64,000 bases of DNA from Candidatus Wallbacteria bacterium (GTDB taxonomy: Bacteria > Muiribacteriota > UBA6191 > JACPRK01), in NCBI GenBank assembly GCA_016213845.1, contig JACQZN010000082.1:32431-96430 (forward strand), written 5' to 3'. Made by a program: the position numbers and the translations under genes. Shown one piece after another: positions 1-8,499 of this stretch. Positions within the stretch are counted from its first letter, which is position 1; every line of letters begins with the position of its first letter. Below the pieces are notes generated by a model. That model worked only from the letters and a program-made list of their open reading frames with translations. It did no database searches and had not been told where the DNA came from.

Positions 1-856
1 CTCGCGCCGTCAGCTCCAGATCCTCGACGAGAACATCGCGCTCTCCATGCAGCTTGCCGAGGTGGCTCGCGTGCGGTACGCGACGGGACTGGCCATCCAA
101 CAGGACGTGCTCAAGGCGCAGGTGGAGGCCGCCCGTTATGAAAACGAGCGGCTGGCCATGGAGCGGATGGAGGGGGTCGCCCGCGCGATGCTGAATCAGC
201 TGCTGGCCCGCCCGGGAGATACGCCCTTGCCCCCTGCCGCGGTCCCGGCCACGGCTCGCTCGTCGGCCACCGCCGCCGAGCTGGAGGCAATTGCCCAGGG
301 CAGCCGGCCCGAGATCCTCGCCGCGGCTGCCGCGCTGGCGCAGGCCGAGGCCGAGCTGGGGGCAACGACGGCCGATCGGAGCCGGCCCGACCTCGAAGGC
401 CAGGTCGGCTACATGGAAAACCCGCGCGGGGACTCCTCGGCCTGGCAGGCGATGGTGAAGATCAACATGCCGTGGTTCAGCGCCCGCCGGGACTCCGAAG
501 TGGCCGAGGCTGTCGCGGGAAAGGAGGGCGAGCGCCGCCGTCTGGACGCCGTCCGGAACAGGACCTCGTTTCTGATTCACGAGGCGCTACTGCGCGTCTC
601 GGAGGCTGAACGATCGGTCTCGCTCTTCGCGGAGCGGCTCTTGCCGCAGGCCAGGCAGACGCTCGACTCCGCGCGGGCAAACTACGAGACGAACCAGACC
701 GACTTCTTGACCGTCGTCGATGCGCAGCGCTCGCTCGAGGAGTCCTCGATGGCGCACGTTCGAGCTGTGGCCGACCTGGCCCGGCGGTTGGCGGAGCTGG
801 AGCGCGCGGTCGGGGCGCCTGGTGGTGTCTGGGCGGTACAGGAGGTGCGGCGATGA
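1..856 (+). CDS. Outer membrane efflux protein, TolC/CusC(CzcC)-family, 5'-truncated at window edge
   Basis: The reading frame is open from the window start. The sequence matches the C-terminal half of an OMF-type protein, with Ala/Leu/Gln-rich coiled-coil repeats and a TDFLTVVDAQRSLEES-type OEP repeat. The stop overlaps the start of the downstream adaptor gene (ATGA). Confidence 0.7.
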   Translation, partial: SRRQLQILDENIALSMQLAEVARVRYATGLAIQQDVLKAQVEAARYENERLAMERMEGVARAMLNQLLARPGDTPLPPAAVPATARSSATAAELEAIAQGSRPEILAAAAALAQAEAELGATTADRSRPDLEGQVGYMENPRGDSSAWQAMVKINMPWFSARRDSEVAEAVAGKEGERRRLDAVRNRTSFLIHEALLRVSEAERSVSLFAERLLPQARQTLDSARANYETNQTDFLTVVDAQRSLEESSMAHVRAVADLARRLAELERAVGAPGGVWAVQEVRR

Positions 857-2349
857 ACGGGAGGAAGCCAAGCCGGCGTCGTGCCGGCCAGGTAGCGATG
901 GGACTGGTCCTGGTGGCGGTCGCCGTCACAGGGTTCGCGCTGGGGTACTTCCTGCGGCCGGGGACGGGCGGGGGATCTCCAGCGCCGACGTCTGGCGGCG
1001 CTGCCCCGGAGCGCAAGAGCGTCTGGACCTGCTCGATGCACCCGCAAGTGAGGCTGCCTGAGGCGGGCAGCTGTCCCATCTGCTCGATGCCGCTGATTCC
1101 GGCGGAGGCCGGGCCGGCCTCCGGCGAGGCGCCCACGCTCACGCTGGGCCCAGCGGCGCTCGCCATGGCCAGCGTCGAGACGGCCCAGGCCACTCGGCGC
1201 AAGCTCTCGCGCGAGCTCAGGCTGCTCGGAAAGGTTCAGTACAACGAGACGGCCCTGGCGACCGTGACCTCACGCATCGACGGGTACATAGAGCGGCTGT
1301 TCGTCGACTACACGGGAGTACAGGTGGCCAAGGGCGACCACCTGGTCGAGATCTACAGCCCCGATTTGGTCGTGGCGCAGACGGAGCTGTTGCTGGCCGC
1401 GGGCGGCCAGCCGAGCGAGCGTCTCTTCGAGGCCGGTCGCGCCAAGCTGGTGCGTTGGGGAATCACGCGTCCTCAGATCGACGAGCTGCTCCGCACGCGC
1501 AAGGTCACCGACCGGATGACCATCTACTCGCCCGTGAAGGGGACCGTGCTCGAGAAGTCGGTCGTCGAGAAGAGCTCGGTCAAGGCCGGAGACGTCCTCT
1601 ACCGGCTAGCGAACCTCGACTCCGTCTGGGTGAGTCTCGACGTCTATGAGTTCGAGCTCGGCTCGGTGCGTCAGGGCCAACCGGTCGAGCTCTCCTCGGA
1701 GGCCTACCCCGAGCTGCGCTTCAGCGGAATCGTGACCTTCGTCAGTCCAGTGGTAGATGAGGAATCGCGTACGGTGAAGGTTCGCGTCAACGTGGCGAAT
1801 CCCGGGCACGCGCTCAAGCCTGGGATGTTCGTCAGCGCCGTGGTCCGGGCCAGGCTACTAGCCGACGGCACGCCTGGGCCGACCGGCCTGGAGGGCAAGT
1901 ACACGTGTCCGATGCACCCGGAGGTGCTGCGCGATGCCGCCGGTCCCTGCCCGATCTGCGGCATGCCGACGGAGCAGATCCCGGGGAGCGCGCCGGCGGT
2001 GAAGGACGGGCCGGCTTCGCCCGAGCTCGTCCTGACGGTGCCCCGAACGGCGGTCCTCGACAGCGGCACGCGCCAGCTGGTCTACGTCGAGAGAGCCAAA
2101 GGACAATTCGAGTCGGTCGAAATCCGGACCGGGCCGCGCGCCGGCGAGCACGTTCCCGTTCTGGCCGGGCTGAAGGAAGGGGACAAGGTCGCCATCCGTG
2201 GGGCGTTCCTGCTCGACAGCCAGTTCCAGATCCAGGGGATGAAGAGCCTGCTGGAGCCTGGGCCCGCGGCGGGTCCTGCCGAGGCCGGGGAAGCGGGGTC
2301 GGCCGGCTCGGCCGGGTCCGCAGGCGATCGTCACGAACCGGCGCGCTGA
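853..2349 (+). CDS. RND efflux periplasmic adaptor (CusB/CzcB-like) with two heavy-metal-binding motifs
   Basis: N-terminal TM anchor, lipoyl-like hairpin (VAKGDHLVEIYSPDLV), beta-barrel and membrane-proximal domains. Two CxMHPx(n)CPICxMP motifs are present: CSMHPQV..CPICSMP near aa 60-80 and CPMHPEV..CPICGMP near aa 355-375. The gene sits between an OMF gene and an RND pump gene. Confidence 0.85.
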   Translation: MNGRKPSRRRAGQVAMGLVLVAVAVTGFALGYFLRPGTGGGSPAPTSGGAAPERKSVWTCSMHPQVRLPEAGSCPICSMPLIPAEAGPASGEAPTLTLGPAALAMASVETAQATRRKLSRELRLLGKVQYNETALATVTSRIDGYIERLFVDYTGVQVAKGDHLVEIYSPDLVVAQTELLLAAGGQPSERLFEAGRAKLVRWGITRPQIDELLRTRKVTDRMTIYSPVKGTVLEKSVVEKSSVKAGDVLYRLANLDSVWVSLDVYEFELGSVRQGQPVELSSEAYPELRFSGIVTFVSPVVDEESRTVKVRVNVANPGHALKPGMFVSAVVRARLLADGTPGPTGLEGKYTCPMHPEVLRDAAGPCPICGMPTEQIPGSAPAVKDGPASPELVLTVPRTAVLDSGTRQLVYVERAKGQFESVEIRTGPRAGEHVPVLAGLKEGDKVAIRGAFLLDSQFQIQGMKSLLEPGPAAGPAEAGEAGSAGSAGSAGDRHEPAR

Positions 2350-2364
2350 CGCGGGAGCAAACCG

Positions 2365-5300
2365 ATGGTCAACGCGATTGTCAGAGCCTGTCTGAGAAAT
2401 CCGGTCCTCGTGCTGTTGGTGATGGCCGCGACGTTTGCGGCCGGCTACAAGAGCATCCTCGAGACACCCGTCGACGCGATACCCGACATCGGGGAGAAGC
2501 AGGTCATCGTCTATGCCGACTGGCCCGGGCGCTCGCCCCAGGACGTCGACGATCAGGTGACCTTTCCGCTCACGACCAGCTTGACCGGCACGCCCGGGGT
2601 CAAGACGGTCCGCTCGATGTCCGGTTTCGGCTTCTCGATGGTGTTCGTCATCTTCCAGGACCAGACGGATTACTACTGGGCCCGCTCTCGCGTGCTGGAG
2701 CGGCTCAACGTGGCGCAGCAGCGCCTGCCGCAAGGCGTTGTGCCGGTGCTGGGACCCGACGCGACGGCGCTGGGCCAGGTCTACTGGTACACCGTCGAAG
2801 GGGAGGGGTTCGATCTCGCCGAGCTGCGTTCGATCCAGGACTGGTACGTTCGCTATCAGCTCAACAGCGTTGAGGGAGTCTCGGAGGTCGCCAGCGTGGG
2901 CGGCCACGTGAAGCAGTACCAGGTCGACGTCCACCCCGACAAGATGCGCGCGCATCGCGTGACGCTTCCGGAGATCTATGAGGCGATCCGCCGCTCCAAC
3001 ATCGACGTCGGCGCCAAGGTCATCGAGAAGAACGGTGTCGAGTTCTTCATTCGCGGCGTCGGATTCGTGAAGTCCGTGGCCGACCTGGAAAACGTCGTCC
3101 TGCGCCAGTCGAAGGGCACGCCACTCACCGTGCGGAACGTGGCGACCGTAACATTGGGACCCGACTTCCGCCGCGGCGCGCTCGACAAGGGCGGCGTCGA
3201 GGCAGTGGGCGGCGTGGTGCTGATGCGCTATGGCGAGAATCCGCTCCGCGTCGTGGAGCGCGTCAAGGCCAAGATCGGCCAGATCGAGGCCGGGCTGCCG
3301 AAGAAGACCCTGGCCGGCGGACGCGTGTCGAACGTCCGAATCGTCCCGTTCTACGACCGCACCGACATCGTCGTGGAGACCATCGACACGCTGAGGGAGG
3401 CGCTCACCGAGGAGGCGATCGTCGCCAGCCTCGTGATCCTGGTGTTCCTCCTGCACCTGAGGAGCACGCTCGCCACGCTCGTGACGCTGCCGCTTTCCGT
3501 GGCGCTCTGCTTCATCCTGATGCGCGCTTTCGGCGTCGACTCGAACATCATGTCGCTGGCCGGCCTGGCCATCGCGATCGGCGATGTCGCGGACATGGGC
3601 ATCATCATGACCGAAAACATCTATCGACGCGTAGCGGCCGCCGAGCGGGGGCGATCTCACTTCGAGACAGTCTACGAGGGGGCCAGCGAGGTCGCCGGCG
3701 CGATCCTCACGGCGGTGTCGAACACGTTGGTCTCCTTCATCCCGGTCTTCTTCCTCGAGGAGCAGGAGGGAAAGCTGTTCAGGCCGCTGGCCTTCACCAA
3801 GACGTTCGCCATCGGCGCCTCGGTGGTCCTGGCAGTCACGGTCGTCCCGGTGATGTGCTACCTGCTGTTCGTGCCGGTCGCCTGGCGGGCGCGGACCGTC
3901 TGGCTCGGGGGGGGCGTTTCGGGGCTGGCCTCGGGGGCCGCAATCCTCTCGGTGTTGCGCGTTTTCTACCCGCATCTGGCCGCAGGCTCCGCCGGGATTT
4001 CACTGGCCGTCGGCGTGATGGTCTGCATCTGCGTCGTGCGGATGGCCCGCGAGCGCTTCATGCCGCTGGAGGAGAACGCGGTCAGCCGTGGCGTCGTCGG
4101 GTTCTACGCGCCCGCGCTGCGCTGGATCCTCGCGCACAAGGTCCGGTTCATGGCGGCGCCGTGCCTGGTGTTGCTGGTGGGGTTGACGGTCTGGCTCGGC
4201 GTCGGCACCGTCTTCTACCCCGTGGAGTGGTGCGTCAACGGGCTTGCTGGCCGGACCGTGCTGGAGCTGGGAAAGCTGCGCTGGCAGGAGGTCGGGGAGG
4301 GCGGGGGCTCGAGGTACCGCTTGCTGCTGCGCTCCCAGGCCGCGGCGGAGCAATCCGCGGAACTGGCGGCCGGCCTGCGCGTGGTGCGCGAAGGAAGGGT
4401 GCTTCCCGGGCTCGGCCGCGAGTTCATGCCGCCGCTCGACGAAGGCTCCTTCCTCTACATGCCGTCCTTGCTTCCGCAGGCGGGGCTTTCGGTAGCCGTG
4501 GAGGTGAACGCCAAGCAGGATCTGGCAATCGCCTCGGTGCCGGAGGTGCAGTCGGTGGTCGGGAAGCTGGGGCGGGTGGAATCGGCGCTCGACCCGGCGC
4601 CGATCGGCATGTTCGAGAGCATCATCGACTTGAAGCCCCAGTGGCAGTGGCGGCGCGTGAAGGTGGAGCGGTTCTTCTCGGACTGGCCGCGGCCGATCCG
4701 GAGGGCACTGGGCTGGTTCTGGCCCGAAGAGCGAGTCCTCTCCAAGAACGAGCTGCTGGCCGAGCTGCAGGCGAAGACGGCCATTCCGGGCGTGCTGCCG
4801 ACCTTCCTCCAGCCGATCCAGACCCGGCTGGTGATGCTGCAGACGGGATTCCGCGCGATGATGGGGGTGAAGATCTTCGGCTCGGACTTGAGGGAGATCG
4901 AGCGGCTGGGACTGGCGATGGCGGAGGTGCTGCGGCACGTCCCGGGCGTCACCGACATCGTGGCCGACCGCATCGTCGGGAAGCCTTACATCCAGCTGGA
5001 GATAGAGCGAGAGAAGATTGCCCGTTACGGCGTCAACATCGGGGACGTGCAGGACGTCATCGAGATTGCGGTCGGCGGGCTCAACTTGACCGAGTCGGTC
5101 GAGGGGCGCGAACGGTATCCAATCCGTGTGCGCTACCTGAGAGACTTCCGGGAGGATGTTGCCGAGCTCGAGAAGATCCTGGTGCCGACCTCCAGTGGCG
5201 CGCATATCCCGCTGGCGCAACTCGTCACGATCCGCACGGTGACGGGTCCGCAGGAGATCAAAGGCGAGCGCGGGCTGCTGGTCGGCTACGTGACGATGAA

Positions 5301-5976
5301 CACGCGCGATCTGGATGAGGTAACGGTCGTGGAGAGCGCTCAGGCAGCGCTCCAGGCCGCCGTGGCGGCCGGCAAGCTCCAGGTGCCGAGCGGCTACTAC
5401 TGGGAGTGGGGCGGACAGTTCGAGAACCAGCAGCGTGCGATGGCCCGGATGCGCATTCTGGTGCCGACCTGCCTGGTGATCATGTTCACGATGCTCTGGA
5501 CCGGGTTCCGGCGGTGGTGGATAGCGCCCATCATATACTTCGGCGTGCTGGTGAGCGCCTCTGGCGGGTTCGTCATGCTGGCGCTCTGGGGAGCCAACCT
5601 TTCCGTGGCGGTCTGGGTTGGATTCCTGGTGCTGTTCGGCGTCGTGGATGACGACGGGGTGGTCATCGCCACCTACCTCGAGGATGTCTTCGATGGCCGC
5701 GAGTTCGATTCGGTGGCCGACATCCGCGAGGCGGTCCTGGAGGCTGGGCTGAAGCGCATCCGGCCCTGCCTGATGACCACGGCGACGACGATCTTCGGCT
5801 TGCTGCCGGTCTTCTGGACCAGCGGGCGCGGCAGCGACGTCATGCAGCCAATGGCGATCCCGTCCGTTGGCGGGATGACCATCCAGCTGATGACGCTCTT
5901 CATCGTTCCGTGCCTCTTCTGCGCCGTCGAGGAGTGGAGGTGGAAGCGGGTTTACACCGGGCGCGCCGCGCGCTAA
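2365..5976 (+). CDS. Heavy-metal efflux RND transporter, CusA/CzcA family (1203 aa, with a roughly 150-aa insertion)
   Basis: HME-RND hallmarks are present: a 12-TM architecture, two large periplasmic loops, and the conserved AIAIGDVADMGIIMTENI segment (TM4 region). It is longer than typical CusA (about 1040 aa). An extra hydrophobic/Arg-rich segment lies near aa 500-650. Confidence 0.9.
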   Translation: MVNAIVRACLRNPVLVLLVMAATFAAGYKSILETPVDAIPDIGEKQVIVYADWPGRSPQDVDDQVTFPLTTSLTGTPGVKTVRSMSGFGFSMVFVIFQDQTDYYWARSRVLERLNVAQQRLPQGVVPVLGPDATALGQVYWYTVEGEGFDLAELRSIQDWYVRYQLNSVEGVSEVASVGGHVKQYQVDVHPDKMRAHRVTLPEIYEAIRRSNIDVGAKVIEKNGVEFFIRGVGFVKSVADLENVVLRQSKGTPLTVRNVATVTLGPDFRRGALDKGGVEAVGGVVLMRYGENPLRVVERVKAKIGQIEAGLPKKTLAGGRVSNVRIVPFYDRTDIVVETIDTLREALTEEAIVASLVILVFLLHLRSTLATLVTLPLSVALCFILMRAFGVDSNIMSLAGLAIAIGDVADMGIIMTENIYRRVAAAERGRSHFETVYEGASEVAGAILTAVSNTLVSFIPVFFLEEQEGKLFRPLAFTKTFAIGASVVLAVTVVPVMCYLLFVPVAWRARTVWLGGGVSGLASGAAILSVLRVFYPHLAAGSAGISLAVGVMVCICVVRMARERFMPLEENAVSRGVVGFYAPALRWILAHKVRFMAAPCLVLLVGLTVWLGVGTVFYPVEWCVNGLAGRTVLELGKLRWQEVGEGGGSRYRLLLRSQAAAEQSAELAAGLRVVREGRVLPGLGREFMPPLDEGSFLYMPSLLPQAGLSVAVEVNAKQDLAIASVPEVQSVVGKLGRVESALDPAPIGMFESIIDLKPQWQWRRVKVERFFSDWPRPIRRALGWFWPEERVLSKNELLAELQAKTAIPGVLPTFLQPIQTRLVMLQTGFRAMMGVKIFGSDLREIERLGLAMAEVLRHVPGVTDIVADRIVGKPYIQLEIEREKIARYGVNIGDVQDVIEIAVGGLNLTESVEGRERYPIRVRYLRDFREDVAELEKILVPTSSGAHIPLAQLVTIRTVTGPQEIKGERGLLVGYVTMNTRDLDEVTVVESAQAALQAAVAAGKLQVPSGYYWEWGGQFENQQRAMARMRILVPTCLVIMFTMLWTGFRRWWIAPIIYFGVLVSASGGFVMLALWGANLSVAVWVGFLVLFGVVDDDGVVIATYLEDVFDGREFDSVADIREAVLEAGLKRIRPCLMTTATTIFGLLPVFWTSGRGSDVMQPMAIPSVGGMTIQLMTLFIVPCLFCAVEEWRWKRVYTGRAAR

Positions 5977-6029
5977 GGGAGCTGCAGAGAGCGGGGACCA
6001 GAGCCCGCCTCAGGAGGAGGAAGAGAACC

Positions 6030-6548
6030 GTGGACAGAAGACTGCGTCTGCTGGCGTTTTCGGGAGCCATCGCGCTTGTGCTGCCCGCTGTTGCAGCGGC
6101 CTGGACGCCCAGCAGCTACTTCTACGGCGCGCGCCGGACCGCCTCGTCCGGCGGCTTCAGCTACAGCACCTACCAGGACGGTTTCAGCACGGGCGGGGAC
6201 TGCGACCCGCAGCCCGCGTACGTGGAAACCAGCTCGGACGCGGGCGAGGAGGACACGCGCACCTTCGCCACCGTGCGGCACGTCCGGAAGGTGATCCCGC
6301 GGCAGCGCGTGAACTACGAGCACGTCACGCACAACCTCAATCGCGTTCACCACGTCGTGCACGACGTCAACCAGGACGTCTACATCAAGAACGTACGGGT
6401 CCACCACAACGTGACCCGGGACCAGACGGTCCATCACTACCGCCACCACACCAACTACATCGAACAGGACGAGGATGTGAACGTGTACCACAACGAGACT
6501 CTGCCCGAGCAAGTCGAAAGCGACTGCGAGCCGGGGGCGGGCGACTGA
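6030..6548 (+). CDS. Secreted histidine-rich protein (putative periplasmic metal-binding protein)
   Basis: GTG start with a GGAGGAGG RBS 10 nt upstream. The signal peptide is RRLRLLAFSGAIALVLPAVAAAW. The C-terminal 60 aa carry 13 His in HxVxH(D/N)V-like repeats (HVTHNLNRVHHVVHDVNQDV...HHYRHHTNY). The gene lies immediately 3' of the RND pump and is stop/start coupled to the next gene. Confidence 0.6.
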   Translation: MDRRLRLLAFSGAIALVLPAVAAAWTPSSYFYGARRTASSGGFSYSTYQDGFSTGGDCDPQPAYVETSSDAGEEDTRTFATVRHVRKVIPRQRVNYEHVTHNLNRVHHVVHDVNQDVYIKNVRVHHNVTRDQTVHHYRHHTNYIEQDEDVNVYHNETLPEQVESDCEPGAGD

Positions 6549-7300
6549 TGACGCGCCCGAGGATTCGGCTACTGACGACGCTGCTCGCGGCGGGCATCGC
6601 CGCTGGCCACGCATTCGGCGGTGAGGCACCCCAGGATCGGCCTCAGCTCTTCCGGCAGCTCCAGGAGATGGCCGCCCGTCGTCCGGAGTACTCCAAGCAG
6701 ACGGGCGAGCGGTTGCTCTCCCTGGTGACGCCTCTCTGGGACAACCCGGACTACCGCCATCGGGTGGCCCATGTGCTGAACGCCAACCAGGGCCATCTCG
6801 ACGCGATCATGAACCGCGTGTTCCTGGAAGAGGAGCGCGCGGCCGGAGTCGACCTGGCCAATTTCGCGCAGGTCGATCCGAAGCTCTATCGGGGTGGTCA
6901 GCCGAGCGAGACCGGCATCCGTAAGCTCGCCCAGCTCGGGATCAAGACCGTCGTCAACCTTCGCCTGGAGGACAACTCGGAGGCGCCGCTGGTCAAGGCA
7001 GCCGGTATGGAGTACGTCCACTTGCCCGTGCCCGACACGGATGCGCCCTCCTATGGTCAGGTGAACGAGTTTCTCGGCCTGATGCACTCCGCCGCAAGCG
7101 GCAAGGTCTACGTTCACTGCGCCGCCGGAGCCCACCGGACCGGAACGATGGTCGCCCTCTGGAGAATCGAGAGCGGCTGGACCGCCGAAAAAGCGCTGGC
7201 CGAAGCGCGTAAGTACGGCTTCCAGGAAGAAGTGCTTGCCGTTGATCGACAGGCCGCGCTCATCCGGGGCTTCGTGCGCAGGCGCCCGCCGGTGGAGTAG
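6548..7300 (+). CDS. Tyrosine-phosphatase-family protein (CX5R P-loop), secreted
   Basis: The start overlaps the upstream stop (TGATG). A signal peptide is present, and the active-site motif VHCAAGAHRTG (HCxxGxxRT) lies in the C-terminal half. Confidence 0.75.
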   Translation: MTRPRIRLLTTLLAAGIAAGHAFGGEAPQDRPQLFRQLQEMAARRPEYSKQTGERLLSLVTPLWDNPDYRHRVAHVLNANQGHLDAIMNRVFLEEERAAGVDLANFAQVDPKLYRGGQPSETGIRKLAQLGIKTVVNLRLEDNSEAPLVKAAGMEYVHLPVPDTDAPSYGQVNEFLGLMHSAASGKVYVHCAAGAHRTGTMVALWRIESGWTAEKALAEARKYGFQEEVLAVDRQAALIRGFVRRRPPVE

Positions 7301-7302
7301 GC

Positions 7303-7447
7303 GGGAAGGTAGAAGGTGGAAGGTGGAAGGAAGTAGCCAGTAGACAGTCGACAGTAGGGAGGCGCGTCGACGACTCCCGTGGCTACACTCCTGCCCCAGC
7401 CCCAGCCCCAGCCCTTGCCCTAGCCCTAGCCCTACCTCTACCCCCCC
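7303..7447. repeat. Intergenic composite low-complexity repeats (GGAAGGTGGAAGG, GTAGCCAGTAGACAGT, CCCCAGCCCCAGCCC/TAGCCCTAGCCC) between convergent genes
   Basis: Direct reading of the sequence. The same short modules recur at 19051-19086, 22246-22460, 46551-46885, 55922-56010 and 59828-59860. Confidence 0.8.
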
Positions 7448-7509
7448 CCGGGGGAGGCCCCCCTCCCGGACCCCTCGAAGCTGCGGCCTGCAGCCTGGCA
7501 GCCTACGGC

Positions 7510-8499
7510 CTAGAGCCTCCCCCCTACGGCCCGCTCCACGGCTTCCTGGAGCGCGCCGATTGCGAGGTCGACCTTGTAGCCATTCCGCTCCAAGTGGCGG
7601 GCGGCGGCGAGCTCGGCACGGGCGGCGGACTCGAGGCGGGCGGGGGTGAGCTTGCGGCCCTGGAGTGCCTCCTCGGCGACGCGGGCTCGCCAGGGCGCAC
7701 CGGCGACTCCGCCCAGCGCGAGGCGCACGTGACGCAGCATGCCCCGATCCATGACGCACGCCGCGGCGGCGCTGGCCAGTGCGAAGGAGAAGGCGGCGCG
7801 GTCGGCGACCTTGACGTAGGCGCTGCGCGTTCCCGGGCGGGGCGAGGCGATCCTGACTTCGGTGACCAGCTCATCGGACCTGAGCACGGTGTCTCTGCCG
7901 GCATCCGATTCGTGCGGTGCTAGGAATTGCGCCAGGGGCACCAGCCGGCTGCCGCTGGCGCTGACGAGCTTGACGCGAGTGTCGAAGACGCTCAGGGCGA
8001 CCGCAGGGTCGGAGGGATGCACCGCGAGGCAGCTCGTCCGTTCAGCGCCGAGGATGGCCAGGCCGGAAGACTCCCCGTGACGCGCGGGGCACTGCGTTCC
8101 ACCCGACTTCCAGCAGTCGAAGCCCGACCGCAGGTAGAGGCAGCGTGGCCGCTGGCAGAGATTGCCGCCCAGGGTTGCGCGGTTGCGGATCTGGGGTGTC
8201 CCGACGGCCGCTGCGGCCTGGGTCAGCGCGGCGAACGGCTGGAGTGGCCGGCACTGTGGAGAGAGCTCCGAGAGCTGGGTCGTGGCGCCGATGGCGACGC
8301 CGGACCTGCTGCTCCGAACGCCGCGAAGGCGCTTCAAACTCTTGAGATCGATGATCACGCCGGGGTCGGAAAGCGACGTCCGGATCAGGTTCAGGAGCTC
8401 TGTGCCCCCGCCCAGGGCCGCCGCCTTTCCCTCGGAGCCCCAGAACATGGCCAGGGCCTGGGTCAGACTCTCAGGAGTCAGGAGCTTGAAGGGCTTCAT
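7510..8499 (-). CDS. Molybdenum hydroxylase FAD-binding (medium) subunit, CoxM/XdhB-like
   Basis: The true start is MKPFKLL at 8499. Its ATG overlaps the upstream stop (ATGA). An FAD-binding PCMH-type domain is present (LGGGTELLNLIRTS, ATLGGNLCQRPRC). The long in-frame 5' extension in the ORF track is non-coding. Confidence 0.8.
   Translation of the reverse strand: MKPFKLLTPESLTQALAMFWGSEGKAAALGGGTELLNLIRTSLSDPGVIIDLKSLKRLRGVRSSRSGVAIGATTQLSELSPQCRPLQPFAALTQAAAAVGTPQIRNRATLGGNLCQRPRCLYLRSGFDCWKSGGTQCPARHGESSGLAILGAERTSCLAVHPSDPAVALSVFDTRVKLVSASGSRLVPLAQFLAPHESDAGRDTVLRSDELVTEVRIASPRPGTRSAYVKVADRAAFSFALASAAAACVMDRGMLRHVRLALGGVAGAPWRARVAEEALQGRKLTPARLESAARAELAAARHLERNGYKVDLAIGALQEAVERAVGGRL

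Noticed and set aside
1858-3975. 705-aa minus-strand ORF opposite cusA (also 12575-14638+, 32752-35556-, 60098-62212-, 42560-44188-, 52638-54224- and similar long ORFs)
   Set aside because: These are Arg/Gly/Pro-rich translations of the antisense strand of well-supported genes. Long stop-free antisense frames are expected at about 70% GC. They have no motifs and no independent RBS logic.
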